Both the position numbers and the translations under genes were made by a program. Of a DNA stretch of 64,000 nt, positions 47,155 through 57,151 are shown piece after piece. Below the pieces are notes generated by a model. That model was not told the origin of the DNA and did no database searches. It saw nothing but the letters and a program-made list of their open reading frames with translations. How positions within the stretch are numbered: position 1 is the stretch's first letter; each line of letters starts with the position of its first letter. The DNA is from an uncultured virus (IMG/VR IMGVR_UViG_3300027974_000033) (Duplodnaviria; Heunggongvirae; Uroviricota; Caudoviricetes), in IMG/VR virus record IMGVR_UViG_3300027974_000033; one strand, written 5' to 3'.

Positions 47155-48705
47155 TTATGCATAACAAGTGTCTCTTGATCCGTCTGAGTTATATCGAGCA
47201 TCGCAAGCACCTACGCTATAGCATGTTGAATAGTTTGTACTTGCTGAGTTTGTTACATCGTATGACTTGCAAGCATATTTTCCAGTAGCAGTTTTAGTAA
47301 CATTTGGACAATTAGCATTTGTAGTTGTTCCGCTTAGTGAACCAGCTCTTGTAGATCCTCCTGGACAGGACTCTGGTGCAAAGTGATAGCTCATTGTAGG
47401 TGTTGTTGTGTAATTACATACACATGCAACATAAGTACATGCTCGTGACTGATAGAATGGACCTTGTTCTGTTATAAGTGCTGTTGAGCAGTCTGCATAC
47501 CGATAAGTTCTTGTTCTTCCAGCGGAAGTTCCGCCTTCTAATGAATTACTTCCACAAACGCCAGACCACGAAACATTATATGTGTAGTCCGCATCTACCC
47601 AACCTGCAGTACATGTAGGAACACAATATCTTGATGTTGAATATGAACCATATTCCATTATATTATCTTGAGTACAATCTGCATATCGATACAGTCTGTA
47701 TCTCCAGCTATAAGTTCCAGACTCTGAATTGTTTGAGCAGGTTCCGCTCCAAGTTGCTCCACCGTATGTCCAGTCTGCATCTACCCATGCAGCAGTGCAT
47801 CCTAAAGTAACAGTAGCAGTACCAGGTGAACCAGTTTTATTAGATGTCATTACAGATGTTTGTACTCCATAGCCTTGATAAAGGGTAGATCTTGGATAAA
47901 CAGTAAAATAATTTCCTTCATTTCCAGTAAGAATTGACCATGTGTAATTTAGCTGTGTTGAGGGAACGTTTATTGTTGTAGTCTCATTATTTCCATATTT
48001 AACAACGTCATAAGAAACGGCTCCAGGTGCTGCCGTCCAATACATGTAGACTTGCTTGTTTGTATTTATTGGAGTTACTGTTACAGTAGCACTGCCAGAT
48101 GTTCCAGTTCCAGTAAATGCTCTGTTTCCCTGATCTGTAACTGATCCATTGTTTGTTGTTACAGAATATGTTGTTGCATTTGACGATGCCGTCCAAGAAC
48201 CGCTATATGAAAATCCAGAATTTGAAATGCTTACAGATGGCTGTGTCGGAGTTGCAGTTGTTTCTGATGCCGTCATTGTTGATACAACTGGAAGAACTAT
48301 AGTTCCAATATCTCCAGTTACAGAAACATTTCCTCTACCATTAATTGCAGTGACTGTGCAACTTAAAATTTGATCAATGTCTGCTACTGCTGCTGTATAC
48401 GTTTGTGATGTTGCTCCAGATATTGGTGAAGAACCACGCTTCCATTGATATGTATAAGAAGCTGGGGCGTATGCTGGTTCTGATTTCCATAAAGAGCTAA
48501 CAGTTAAAACGGCACCAACTTGACCTCTATATGTGGTGCCAGTATGTGTAAATGTTGGTGTTCCTAATGATTGTGGTAAATTTGGATATGCAAGTTGCCA
48601 GCCATTATTATAAACATAGGCTTTTTTAGCAGCAACAAATTGTGATCCAGTATTTATTTTTAGATCTTTTGCCTCTTGCCAATTTGAGCCATCATTTATT
48701 TTCAT
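47155..48705 (-). CDS. Ig-like plus Cys-rich repeat virion protein
   Basis: YTYQWKRG...SCTVTA Ig motif; two CTAxWVDAD...WSGxC...YRYADC repeats; Cys-rich tail. Confidence 0.7.
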   Translation of the reverse strand: MKINDGSNWQEAKDLKINTGSQFVAAKKAYVYNNGWQLAYPNLPQSLGTPTFTHTGTTYRGQVGAVLTVSSLWKSEPAYAPASYTYQWKRGSSPISGATSQTYTAAVADIDQILSCTVTAINGRGNVSVTGDIGTIVLPVVSTMTASETTATPTQPSVSISNSGFSYSGSWTASSNATTYSVTTNNGSVTDQGNRAFTGTGTSGSATVTVTPINTNKQVYMYWTAAPGAVSYDVVKYGNNETTTINVPSTQLNYTWSILTGNEGNYFTVYPRSTLYQGYGVQTSVMTSNKTGSPGTATVTLGCTAAWVDADWTYGGATWSGTCSNNSESGTYSWRYRLYRYADCTQDNIMEYGSYSTSRYCVPTCTAGWVDADYTYNVSWSGVCGSNSLEGGTSAGRTRTYRYADCSTALITEQGPFYQSRACTYVACVCNYTTTPTMSYHFAPESCPGGSTRAGSLSGTTTNANCPNVTKTATGKYACKSYDVTNSASTNYSTCYSVGACDARYNSDGSRDTCYA

Positions 48706-48712
48706 TTATATC

Positions 48713-50884
48713 CTAATATTGTATATAAATATCTCCAGCAACCATGCCTGTAGTAGGAAGTGTGCCAGTATTATTATAGAATGTTTTTGCTCCTGCTGAT
48801 ATTGTTGTTGAGCCTCCAAGTGCTACTGCCGTTCCATTTATAGTAATAGATGAATTTGCTAACTTATTGTTGGCTATTGAGCCAGCAAGCATTGTATTTG
48901 TTACAGTTGCAGAATCTAAAAGTGTAACTGCTGTTCCAGATATTTTAGATTTATCAATTGCTGCTGAAGCACTGATATCTGAATTAACAATAGTTCCATC
49001 AGCAATCATTGTTGATGTTATTGTTCCAGAAGGAGCAGAAAATGTTCCAGTAAATGATGCATTATTAATTGGTGCATAGGCTGCTAAATTAAGAGTTGCC
49101 CACGATGGAGATGTACCATCAGTCATTAAATATTTTCCAGCATTGTTAAGTTGTGCTGGGAGAATTGAAATACCAGATACTGTTGCACCAGAAAAATCTA
49201 CTGTTCCAGTAAATACTGGTGAAATCTTTGGTGCATAAGTTGATGATGCTGTTGATATAGATAATTTAGTATCTAATGCGGATTGTGTAGCAGTTGATAT
49301 TGGTTTTGATTCATCAGTTGTATTATCTACATTACCAAGACCAATCATTGTTTTTGTAATACCATTTACTGTTCCAGTAAATGTTGGGGAAGCAATTGGT
49401 GCATATGTAGATGCGGCAGTTGCAGAAGATAATTTAGTTCCAACTAATGTTGTTAATGCTGTCCCTGCAGATTGATCTGTTGATATGTAATCTGCTATTT
49501 CTTTAAGTGTATCAAATGAAGATGGTGCTCCATTTACAACATTTGCTATAGCTGTGGTTATGTCAGATGTTCTTGCAATTGTTGAAGGTATAACTGTATC
49601 TAGTATTTTTCCACTAGATAATCCAATTTTTGCATATCCTCCTGGCAGATCAGCATCTGCTTCAGAAACATATGCATCTAATGTATTACCAAGTCCTGCT
49701 GATGTTAAGAAATGTGAATTTGCATATGCTAATAAATCATCGTTAGCTTGATTTAAATTAACATATACATCTGTAAATCTTTGGTTAGTAGCTGAGATTG
49801 CTCTTGCATCTGTGAAATAAAGATTATTTGAGCCTTCTGTTATTGCATCTGTTGTCCCAGAAAATGTTGAACTTCCTGAACCAGCTGGACCCTGTGGACC
49901 AGTTGCGCCAGTTAATCCTCGTTCACCTTGTGGGCCTGTTGCGCCAGTGTCGCCTTTTAATCCCTGTGGACCAGTTGCACCAGTTGCGCCAGTGTCGCCT
50001 TTTAATCCCTGTGGACCAGTTGCGCCAGTTGCGCCAGTTGCCCCAGTAGCACCAGTGTCACCTCTTAATCCTTGTGGGCCTACGTCTCCACGAGGAATTG
50101 TAAAATTAAATAACGGTGCAGTTGGTGTTCCAGTATTTGTAATAGAAACAGATGTTCCTGGGTTTCCAGTTGAAACTGTTCCAAGCGTAATTGTAGATGA
50201 TGCTCCACCTGAAGACAGTCCAGAAACAGCTGCATTAATTGCAGTATTCCTATTTGTAATTTCAGTTGATATTGCTGTATTTATTGCAGTATTTCTATTA
50301 GATATTTCTAATGCAATTTTATTATCTGTATAAACATTTGCTGATGAGGTTGCTAATGTTACTGCTGCTTCGTCTTTAGAATCTGCTGAGGTTCCTGCCG
50401 CTGCTAAAGTTTCTATTTTTACTGCAGAAGTTTTGCTACTTGCATCGGCTGCTGCTGTTGCAATAGCTTCTGATTTGGCAGCAGATATAGCTGTATTTCT
50501 ATTTGTAACTTCCGTTGCAATTGCTGCAGATATTGATGATGCTACTGCATCTATTGCTCTTTGGTTTGTAAAATATTTATTGCTACCTTCTGATACAGAG
50601 GTTGTTGATAGCGTTGCAATTGCTGTTGCTAAATCTGCAGATACGGACATTGAGTCTGGAAGTTGTGAGGTGGGTATTTTACCAAGAGCATTTAGTGTTG
50701 CTACTCCATTGGCCTCTCCAGCTTTAAATGCATAGGAAGTTGTTGCATTCCATCTTGAGCCATTACCAATTTTAAACTTTAGGCTGTCTGTCTCAATTCC
50801 TAGTTCACCTGATAATAGTATTGGGTTGTTGGACACCCAGTTTGCTGCTGTGTCTCTTCTAAGTTGTATTCTTAATGATGCCAT
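48713..50884 (-). CDS. Collagen-containing fibre protein with Mtd_N-like N-terminus
   Basis: [32 protein letters not shown] run; probable start at 50884 with SD GGAGG. Confidence 0.78.
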   Translation of the reverse strand: MASLRIQLRRDTAANWVSNNPILLSGELGIETDSLKFKIGNGSRWNATTSYAFKAGEANGVATLNALGKIPTSQLPDSMSVSADLATAIATLSTTSVSEGSNKYFTNQRAIDAVASSISAAIATEVTNRNTAISAAKSEAIATAAADASSKTSAVKIETLAAAGTSADSKDEAAVTLATSSANVYTDNKIALEISNRNTAINTAISTEITNRNTAINAAVSGLSSGGASSTITLGTVSTGNPGTSVSITNTGTPTAPLFNFTIPRGDVGPQGLRGDTGATGATGATGATGPQGLKGDTGATGATGPQGLKGDTGATGPQGERGLTGATGPQGPAGSGSSTFSGTTDAITEGSNNLYFTDARAISATNQRFTDVYVNLNQANDDLLAYANSHFLTSAGLGNTLDAYVSEADADLPGGYAKIGLSSGKILDTVIPSTIARTSDITTAIANVVNGAPSSFDTLKEIADYISTDQSAGTALTTLVGTKLSSATAASTYAPIASPTFTGTVNGITKTMIGLGNVDNTTDESKPISTATQSALDTKLSISTASSTYAPKISPVFTGTVDFSGATVSGISILPAQLNNAGKYLMTDGTSPSWATLNLAAYAPINNASFTGTFSAPSGTITSTMIADGTIVNSDISASAAIDKSKISGTAVTLLDSATVTNTMLAGSIANNKLANSSITINGTAVALGGSTTISAGAKTFYNNTGTLPTTGMVAGDIYIQY
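49888..50092 (-). repeat. Collagen-like G-X-Y coding repeats
   Basis: [15 protein letters not shown] units; near-identical DNA repeats such as ccagtgtcgccttttaatccctgtggaccagttgc. Confidence 0.9.
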
Positions 50885-50885
50885 T

Positions 50886-51344
50886 TTATGAACCTCCTGC
50901 ATCAACAATTATACCATCGTTGTCTGCAGAACTTCCTCCTTCTAAAACTTCGTCTTGTACTACTGTAACGCTGCCTTCTGGGTTTCCGCCATCAAGCAAT
51001 GTTTGGTTTTCAAATGTTCCGCCTTGGTTTGATGTTGAAGGACTTTGTCCGTCGTATCCAATTACAAGTGGTAATACTAGATCGGGAGAATCTGAAGTAT
51101 TTGTTTCCTTAAATGTAATCTTATTCTGAACATCAATTGTATGAACATTTCCATCAAATGTGTGAGTATGCATATAAAATGGTGTTGGGTCTGTGCTCGG
51201 CGGGGTAAGCTCTACCCAAACCATACCATTGTATATTCTTAAATTCTTACTTACTACATTGAAGTATATATCTCCAACAGTGGCTATGTCGGGGTTCTCC
51301 ATAGAAGTAAGAAGATTAAGTGCAACCTTCATTTGTCTGGACAT
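50886..51344 (-). CDS. Small virion protein
   Basis: GDIYFN...LRIYNGMVW motif; C-terminal LDGG/LEGG/DAGG repeats. Confidence 0.6.
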   Translation of the reverse strand: MSRQMKVALNLLTSMENPDIATVGDIYFNVVSKNLRIYNGMVWVELTPPSTDPTPFYMHTHTFDGNVHTIDVQNKITFKETNTSDSPDLVLPLVIGYDGQSPSTSNQGGTFENQTLLDGGNPEGSVTVVQDEVLEGGSSADNDGIIVDAGGS

Positions 51345-51348
51345 TTTA

Positions 51349-52548
51349 TTATCCTACAACTACTACTTTATATTCTCCAGCTGACGGGGCTATTGCAAAG
51401 TCTACTGTTACTGTATTTGAGCTAGTTCTTTTTACATCAGCTTCAACTTGTGCAAACGGTGATGCTGCTTCAAATATTTGAACAGTTACATCAGTTGTTC
51501 CTAAGTTGTGTGTTATTGTATAAGATGTGGCAGACGCACCAAGTGTTTCTGCATACTTTCTAGCAATTGCATGATAAGCTGTTCCGTTATTTGTTAATGT
51601 CCAGTTGTCTGATGTTTCATTCCATAGAATTTCTACATCTGTCTCTAGTCCACGTTCTACTGTTATTCCAGCATCTGTCGTTGGTGTACCAGCAAAATTG
51701 CTATTTAGCTTTACCTTATTATCTTCAATATTAATCTGTGTTGTATTTACAGAGTTAACGGTTCCAATAACATTTAAGTTTCCGCCAACTTGCAAGTTTC
51801 CAGTAATTTCTACGTTGTCTGGAAGTCCTACAGTTACAGCTGCGTTATGTCCGCTATTTGGAGAAACAGTAATTTCATTTGCTGTTCCAACAATAGTTGC
51901 TACATAATCTCCTGTTGTTTGTGAATCTAAATTAATATCTTTTACAGATACTACGCCTGCATTTACATTAAAGTCTGCTGCGTCAAAAGAAGCAACACCT
52001 TTATTTGTTGTAGATGCATCTTCACCAGAAATTGTAATTGCATTATTTGTTACTGCAACATCAATTCCTTCTCCACCATTTACAGTTAATCCTTCTGTTA
52101 GAAGTGATATTGCTGTTGTTCCAGTGTCTCCAGTTATTGAAAGTTCGGTTGCAACATCAACTTGACCAGCTGCTGTTAATCTACCTTGCTGATCTACTGT
52201 GAATGTTGGTATTTTTGTTTGTGAACCATATGAACCAGTGGTTACTGCTGTATCATTTAATTTAATCGATAATGTATTTGCTGGGTCATTATATGTTGCT
52301 GTTAAACCTGTGCCACCAGATATTAAATTACCAACAATGTCTTGTACAACTTCTCCAGATGCAGACATTGGCATCCATGGACCATTAGGTGAACTAAGTC
52401 CATTGTAATAGTACATAACATTGTCGCCACTGTTATAGTAAACTTGACCGATGACTGGATTAGATGGGGCTGTGCCCAAATTTTGAATTCTAGCATTTAA
52501 GAGCTCATTTTTATTGAGATCAATGCTAACTAAAAACTTTTTTGCCAT
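51349..52548 (-). CDS. Virion structural/fibre protein
   Basis: IDLNKNELLNARIQNL, VDQQGRLTAA and a C-terminal ITHNLGT domain. Confidence 0.7.
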   Translation of the reverse strand: MAKKFLVSIDLNKNELLNARIQNLGTAPSNPVIGQVYYNSGDNVMYYYNGLSSPNGPWMPMSASGEVVQDIVGNLISGGTGLTATYNDPANTLSIKLNDTAVTTGSYGSQTKIPTFTVDQQGRLTAAGQVDVATELSITGDTGTTAISLLTEGLTVNGGEGIDVAVTNNAITISGEDASTTNKGVASFDAADFNVNAGVVSVKDINLDSQTTGDYVATIVGTANEITVSPNSGHNAAVTVGLPDNVEITGNLQVGGNLNVIGTVNSVNTTQINIEDNKVKLNSNFAGTPTTDAGITVERGLETDVEILWNETSDNWTLTNNGTAYHAIARKYAETLGASATSYTITHNLGTTDVTVQIFEAASPFAQVEADVKRTSSNTVTVDFAIAPSAGEYKVVVVG

Positions 52549-52560
52549 TTTCTTTCTCCC

Positions 52561-52998
52561 TTATGACAGATATGCTGTCCCTGAAAACGGTTGTGCCATA
52601 GTCAGTGTTAATATGTTTATACTATTATAGTCTATCCCAGTTTCTAATATATCCCCAGCACTTGACTTAACAGTCACATTGGGGTGGAACCCAAGGTTAT
52701 GTGTTATTGGCAACGAGTAAATTCCATTTACTGGACCAACTATCTGTGCTAGTTCCCAAGAATGAGTCAGTGATATCTGCTTATCTAGAATGAAACTTTG
52801 TGCTATATTCCACGTATTTGTCTGTGTGTCTTTTGGACCCCAGAATCTTGTTGTATTTGTATCAAAATAAAAATCTCCAGGAACTCCAAGAGCATTATTT
52901 GGATTTCCTTGTCCGCTTATAATTGTGCGCCCTGGCGCACCAGTAGATCTTACAACTACTAGGGGATTATTTTCGGTTACTATTAAACGTGTTGCCAT
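52561..52998 (-). CDS. Virion structural protein
   Basis: GVPGDFYFDT...GPK; ITHNLGFHPNVTV. Confidence 0.65.
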   Translation of the reverse strand: MATRLIVTENNPLVVVRSTGAPGRTIISGQGNPNNALGVPGDFYFDTNTTRFWGPKDTQTNTWNIAQSFILDKQISLTHSWELAQIVGPVNGIYSLPITHNLGFHPNVTVKSSAGDILETGIDYNSINILTLTMAQPFSGTAYLS

Positions 52999-53342
52999 TA
53001 TACCGTTACTGACCTATTTAGAGTCATGTACCCTTCTAATAATCTTGTCTTATTAACGCTTGGATCAACTATAACTAGGTCGTATGCAGATTTTGGATAA
53101 AACATTTTATTTGTTCTGTCTGAAGAAATAGAGATCTTTAACTTTCCTTCAGTTGGGCTAATGTTTATTCCATCTTGCTCTGTTAAAGTAAATGCTAATT
53201 TTTTACCACCTTGGGTGTCTCTAACTTGAAGTTTGGCGGTGTGAAAGTTTAATTGAATTGGGGTTTGGTCTTCGTCCAAATACTGAACTTCAAACGTAAA
53301 AGTTGTATTTTGGTCTACTTCAAAATTTTTTTGCGCTGCCAC
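52998..53342 (-). CDS. BppU-like Ig-fold structural protein
   Basis: QNTTF...AKLQVR...YDLVI...RLLEG pattern. Confidence 0.65.
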   Translation of the reverse strand: MAAQKNFEVDQNTTFTFEVQYLDEDQTPIQLNFHTAKLQVRDTQGGKKLAFTLTEQDGINISPTEGKLKISISSDRTNKMFYPKSAYDLVIVDPSVNKTRLLEGYMTLNRSVTV

Positions 53343-53410
53343 ATTTACCCCTAAATTAGAAAAGCCCTTATGCCAATTTTAGCATAAGGGCGTTCCCAAT
53401 CAACTATAAG

Positions 53411-53650
53411 TTAGGCTTTGTTAACAAATCCAAAACTCTTGTCATTTGGATTTAATGCCTTTAAAATTACGGGTGCTACTGCTGCGACTCCGCCAAGTAA
53501 TAAATCTTTAGGATTTGTATTACCTGTCATATATAAGGCTAGTGCTGCTGAAAGAAATGCTCTTCCGTAGCTTGCTAGCGCTGCTAGGATCTGTTCTTGC
53601 ATGCTGACCTTTCCATCTTTGTTTAAATCTGCTTTTGCAAATTTAGCCAT
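53411..53650 (-). CDS. Holin-like membrane protein with N-terminal EF-hand motif
   Basis: Two hydrophobic segments; SYGRAF...ALNPNDKSFG; DLNKDGKVSMQE; SD AAGGAG. Confidence 0.65.
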   Translation of the reverse strand: MAKFAKADLNKDGKVSMQEQILAALASYGRAFLSAALALYMTGNTNPKDLLLGGVAAVAPVILKALNPNDKSFGFVNKA

Positions 53651-53720
53651 TTTATTATCTCCTTGTTGGGCAATTTGCCCCTGGAATTTTCGGCCTTAGC
53701 CGAATACTATAATTCTACCA

Positions 53721-55655
53721 CTATGCTGAAATATCTACAAGCTCGCAATTACCGTCTGAGCTACAAGCAAGCGTGGCATTTATGGAAGTACCATCTTCTG
53801 TCTCATAAAAAGACAAATCTTCCCAACGAATACTTTTAGGCATTTTTGCCGCTAAGTCCTCGTACTCTTTTTCTGAAATTTCTTGATATGGTGCCTGTTT
53901 ATATGTATGCTCTGAATGAGGAAGGAATGATATACCAGACACTTCATCAAAGTTTTTGTAAACCCAGGCCCCTACTTCCATCCATTCGTCTTCTTTAACT
54001 GATACGGTAATGGAGGGCTTATGTTCACACCATGCACGTTGATATACCAGCCAAATATTTAAATGATCAATAGCTGTTAAATCACTTCTAACAATTGCAC
54101 CCTCTGGCGCTTTAATTGGAAATGAGAATACGTATGTATCGTTTGGCTTCATAACATCATCTTCTACTGGAATTCCAACTTCCTTCAAAAATGTAGAGAT
54201 TGGATCTCCCTTTGCTCCACGAACTGTACGAATGTAATATGGCGAATGCCAAGCATGCATTCCTGAAGATACCCCGACCAATTGAGATACTGTTCCTGAC
54301 GGCTTTACGCATGTAATAGCGGCAGACTCAGGAATCCCAATTTTTCCAGCCTCATCTTTATTTTTTGCTCTTGCTAATTCTCTAAGCGTCATTAAAAAAG
54401 CTTCTAGTGAAACAAGGTCTTCTTTACCTGACATAAACTTGTGTCCAAATTGTCCAGTTAGAGAAACACCTAATAAGCGCTCTTCTTCTGTATTGTCTTT
54501 CCATATCTTGCGAAGATATTTAAAGTCTGTAAGAGTTGACTGCCACGTCCCAAGGATAGTTGCAAGTTCAACCTTACGTTCAATTTCTTTCTTTGTATCA
54601 TTCTCACGTAGTACCACTTCTGAAAGGTTACAAAACTGATAAGGACGTAGGATAATCTCTGAGCACGGGTTAGTTCCATAGTGTATATCTGGATCTCTTC
54701 TTCCATACTTGGCTGCTTGGGCTTGAGCTGCGGCCACATTGTATATGCCTCGTTCTCCTGATTTTGAATCATATAGAGATTTCCATTCTGCAATAAATTG
54801 CTCCATCTCTGGCTTGCGTGAGTAAGCAACAGAGTTATTAGATAAAGCACGTTGCGTATTAGCTTCCCACCAGTTACCTGACTTAGCCTGTGCCATTTCA
54901 ATATCGTTAATGTTAGAAAGAGAAATCATTGCTGATCGGCGAACTCCGCCTACAACAACTACCTCACCAATCTTGCACATAATATCGTGGCATTCAATTG
55001 GTTTAAGGTTTCTTCCTGTGGCGCTTTTGAACTTTGCAATTGTAAAATCAAATAGATTAACAAGTGGTTGTGGACCTGATGATCTTCCACCCATTGTCTT
55101 AAGTCTTGCACCTGCTGGCCTTACCTTAGAAACATCAATTGCTGGAATCTGTCCAGACCAAAGTAATGCTAGCAACTCACGGTATGCTTTAGCCCAACCT
55201 TGCTTAGAATCTTCTACTGTAATTACTGTAGTTGACTTCTCCAGTAACTCTGGGACGGCAGGAAGTTTATTAATGTACTTGTACTCAACAGAGAATCCAA
55301 CGCCAGTGCCACACATGAGAATATACATTGTCTCGTCAAATGAACGTGGTGAATCAACTGGAAGAAAAGCACAATTGTATCCTGCTACATTATCTCTTTC
55401 TAATGCTGGTCCTGAAGTCATTACTGATCTCATTGATGGCATTACATTTCGTTCAAATACAAACTCTTTTAATTCCGCAACTAGCTTTTCATTTGGAATA
55501 TAATTATGGTTTACCTTTAAATGGTTAGTCATAAACTCAAAATATCTATCTACTGTTTCTCCCCATGTTTCTCTACGGCCTTCTGCCTGTACCCATTTTG
55601 CATATCTGGATAAAGCAATAAAGTTTTCATAAGGATTTTCAATAGTTTGTGACAT
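53721..55655 (-). CDS. nrdJ: Class II (adenosylcobalamin-dependent) ribonucleotide reductase
   Basis: YNCAF, GTGVGF, VGGVRRSA, TNPCSEI, FCNLSE, TCVKPSGT and C-terminal CSSDGNC; no NrdB/NrdF partner in the window. Confidence 0.93.
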   Translation of the reverse strand: MSQTIENPYENFIALSRYAKWVQAEGRRETWGETVDRYFEFMTNHLKVNHNYIPNEKLVAELKEFVFERNVMPSMRSVMTSGPALERDNVAGYNCAFLPVDSPRSFDETMYILMCGTGVGFSVEYKYINKLPAVPELLEKSTTVITVEDSKQGWAKAYRELLALLWSGQIPAIDVSKVRPAGARLKTMGGRSSGPQPLVNLFDFTIAKFKSATGRNLKPIECHDIMCKIGEVVVVGGVRRSAMISLSNINDIEMAQAKSGNWWEANTQRALSNNSVAYSRKPEMEQFIAEWKSLYDSKSGERGIYNVAAAQAQAAKYGRRDPDIHYGTNPCSEIILRPYQFCNLSEVVLRENDTKKEIERKVELATILGTWQSTLTDFKYLRKIWKDNTEEERLLGVSLTGQFGHKFMSGKEDLVSLEAFLMTLRELARAKNKDEAGKIGIPESAAITCVKPSGTVSQLVGVSSGMHAWHSPYYIRTVRGAKGDPISTFLKEVGIPVEDDVMKPNDTYVFSFPIKAPEGAIVRSDLTAIDHLNIWLVYQRAWCEHKPSITVSVKEDEWMEVGAWVYKNFDEVSGISFLPHSEHTYKQAPYQEISEKEYEDLAAKMPKSIRWEDLSFYETEDGTSINATLACSSDGNCELVDISA

Positions 55656-55794
55656 TTATTATACGACCTTCTCTCCGCCTTGCGGTGTTAATTTTAAGTG
55701 AAGTCCTAGTGTATCAAACTTTTATTTATCAGTCTATGGGTAAAAATATTTTTTATTTATCTCATTATGTAAGATAGCATCTTGGTTGACTAAC

Positions 55795-55824
55795 TTGACA
55801 GTTGTTTATATTTAATGCTATTCT
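55795..55824 (+). promoter_or_regulatory. Promoter for the transglycosylase operon
   Basis: TTGACA-N18-TATTCT with TG extended -10; SD AGGAGG at about 55844. Confidence 0.55.
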
Positions 55825-55851
55825 TATAGTTCGTTATCTCTATAGGAGGAA

Positions 55852-56400
55852 ATGCCAATGGAGAATATAAAGCAACAGTTTAGCGATTTGGTTCGTGACT
55901 GGACAATAATAGCAGTAACAATGTTATTTTTGTTTGGCAACTCAGCAAACGCTTTAACTGTAGTAGCACCTTTAGTGAAAACTGAAGCCCAATTAAAGCA
56001 AGAAGTCTTAGATAGTTTTAGTAAAGAGATTTACAAGCCATCTGAGATGCTTACAGACAAAGAGTTAAAACTATTACTTGAGACTGTAGGATTCGAAGGG
56101 TCAGGCCTTAAAAAAGCTTGGTCTATAGCAAAGCGTGAATCTAATGGAAGACCGCTTGCATATAACGGGAATAGGAATACAGGAGATAGTTCTTACGGAT
56201 TATTTCAGATAAATATGATTGGAAATCTTGGTCCGCAAAGACTTGAGAAATTTGATCTACAGAGTAACAAAGAGTTATTCGACCCAGTAACAAACGCAGA
56301 GATAACGTACTATATGACCGATGGCGGCAATGATTGGTCAAGCTGGAAGGGTATGACCCCAAAAGCTAAGGAATTTTTATTAAAATTTCCGACAAAGTAA
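55852..56400 (+). CDS. Lytic transglycosylase/lysozyme-like protein with signal-peptide-like N-terminus
   Basis: Catalytic KRESNG, GDSSYGLFQIN, LFDPVTNA and WSSW; hydrophobic N-terminus ending in ANA. Confidence 0.85.
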   Translation: MPMENIKQQFSDLVRDWTIIAVTMLFLFGNSANALTVVAPLVKTEAQLKQEVLDSFSKEIYKPSEMLTDKELKLLLETVGFEGSGLKKAWSIAKRESNGRPLAYNGNRNTGDSSYGLFQINMIGNLGPQRLEKFDLQSNKELFDPVTNAEITYYMTDGGNDWSSWKGMTPKAKEFLLKFPTK

Positions 56401-56410
56401 AGGAGATGGG

Positions 56411-56626
56411 ATGAGGATACAGTATGTATCAACTTACATCTCCATGTCAGAAGAAGGATTGGTTGAAAAGCTTTTATGCCCAGTAGACCAATCCATTCTT
56501 TTTTCTAATCAAAGCCTTTTAGATGAAATATACTTATATTGCTTAGAGTGCGATTATAAAAAGGCTCTTGGAACGGCAAGCTATCAAAAAATAGTTGATG
56601 AGGTGAATAAACACAAAAATGTGTAA
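56411..56626 (+). CDS. Small Zn-finger-like protein
   Basis: CPVD...CLEC; SD AAGGAG. Confidence 0.7.
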   Translation: MRIQYVSTYISMSEEGLVEKLLCPVDQSILFSNQSLLDEIYLYCLECDYKKALGTASYQKIVDEVNKHKNV

Positions 56627-56729
56627 AGAAAATTGTATTTGTAATTTAGAAAATGATTCGGTTCCGATACAGGTAACTGACGCAATGGGTAGAGAGGTTT
56701 TTTGGTTAGATGCAGGAAGGCCAGAATAA
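56619..56729 (+). CDS. 36-aa hypothetical protein
   Basis: MCKENCICNLENDSVPIQVTDAMGREVFWLDAGRPE fills the gap between co-oriented genes. Confidence 0.5.
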   Translation: MCKENCICNLENDSVPIQVTDAMGREVFWLDAGRPE

Positions 56730-56925
56730 TCAAATTTCAAATGATTTAGAAGATAATTTGCCTATGGTAAATTACATAATGCTTCATAGAATATATGACA
56801 TGCTTAGCCTTATAGCAAAGGGATCGGTTGGGCAGGAAGAAGTAAGCAAAATGATTGCTTACCACGAACAGGGATATTTATTGGGCCCATCTCCAGCCTT
56901 TACCCCAGGAGATCAAAATGATTGA
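56710..56925 (+). CDS. Hypothetical protein
   Basis: YIMLHRIYDML...HEQGYLLGPSP. Confidence 0.7.
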   Translation: MQEGQNNQISNDLEDNLPMVNYIMLHRIYDMLSLIAKGSVGQEEVSKMIAYHEQGYLLGPSPAFTPGDQND

Positions 56926-57121
56926 TCCATTAAAACAAAGAATGATATTAAAAGATATGCACAAAAAGTTTCAAGATTTAAGTACTGATCTTGCTAAACT
57001 TAATGGCCTTTCTTTAGAAGAAGCTAATATATATGCAGACAACTCAAAAGAATCAACATTTTGGCTTTTAGATAAAGTACTTCAAGACATGGTAGAAAAA
57101 AAATATATAAAATTTGATTGA
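56918..57121 (+). CDS. Hypothetical protein
   Basis: Probable start at 56918 after SD CAGGAG. Confidence 0.55.
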   Translation: MIDPLKQRMILKDMHKKFQDLSTDLAKLNGLSLEEANIYADNSKESTFWLLDKVLQDMVEKKYIKFD

Positions 57122-57146
57122 CTATTATAGATTCTTGTAATATAAT
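57118..57146 (+). promoter_or_regulatory. Near-consensus promoter
   Basis: TTGACT-N17-TATAAT. Confidence 0.8.
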
Positions 57147-57151
57147 TAAAA

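Noticed and set aside
41210..50884. Diversity-generating retroelement suggested by Mtd_N-like domains
   Set aside because: No reverse transcriptase gene and no adenine-mismatched template/variable repeat pair were seen in the window.
664..55528. Many plus-strand ORFs antisense to the structural and replication genes (e.g. 28097-28744, 41490-42089, 45143-45916, 54910-55503)
   Set aside because: They are shadow ORFs caused by the codon bias of the minus-strand genes, with no motifs or translation signals.
55656..55800. Cobalamin riboswitch upstream of nrdJ
   Set aside because: The leader is too short and no B12-box is recognisable; only a small hairpin is present.
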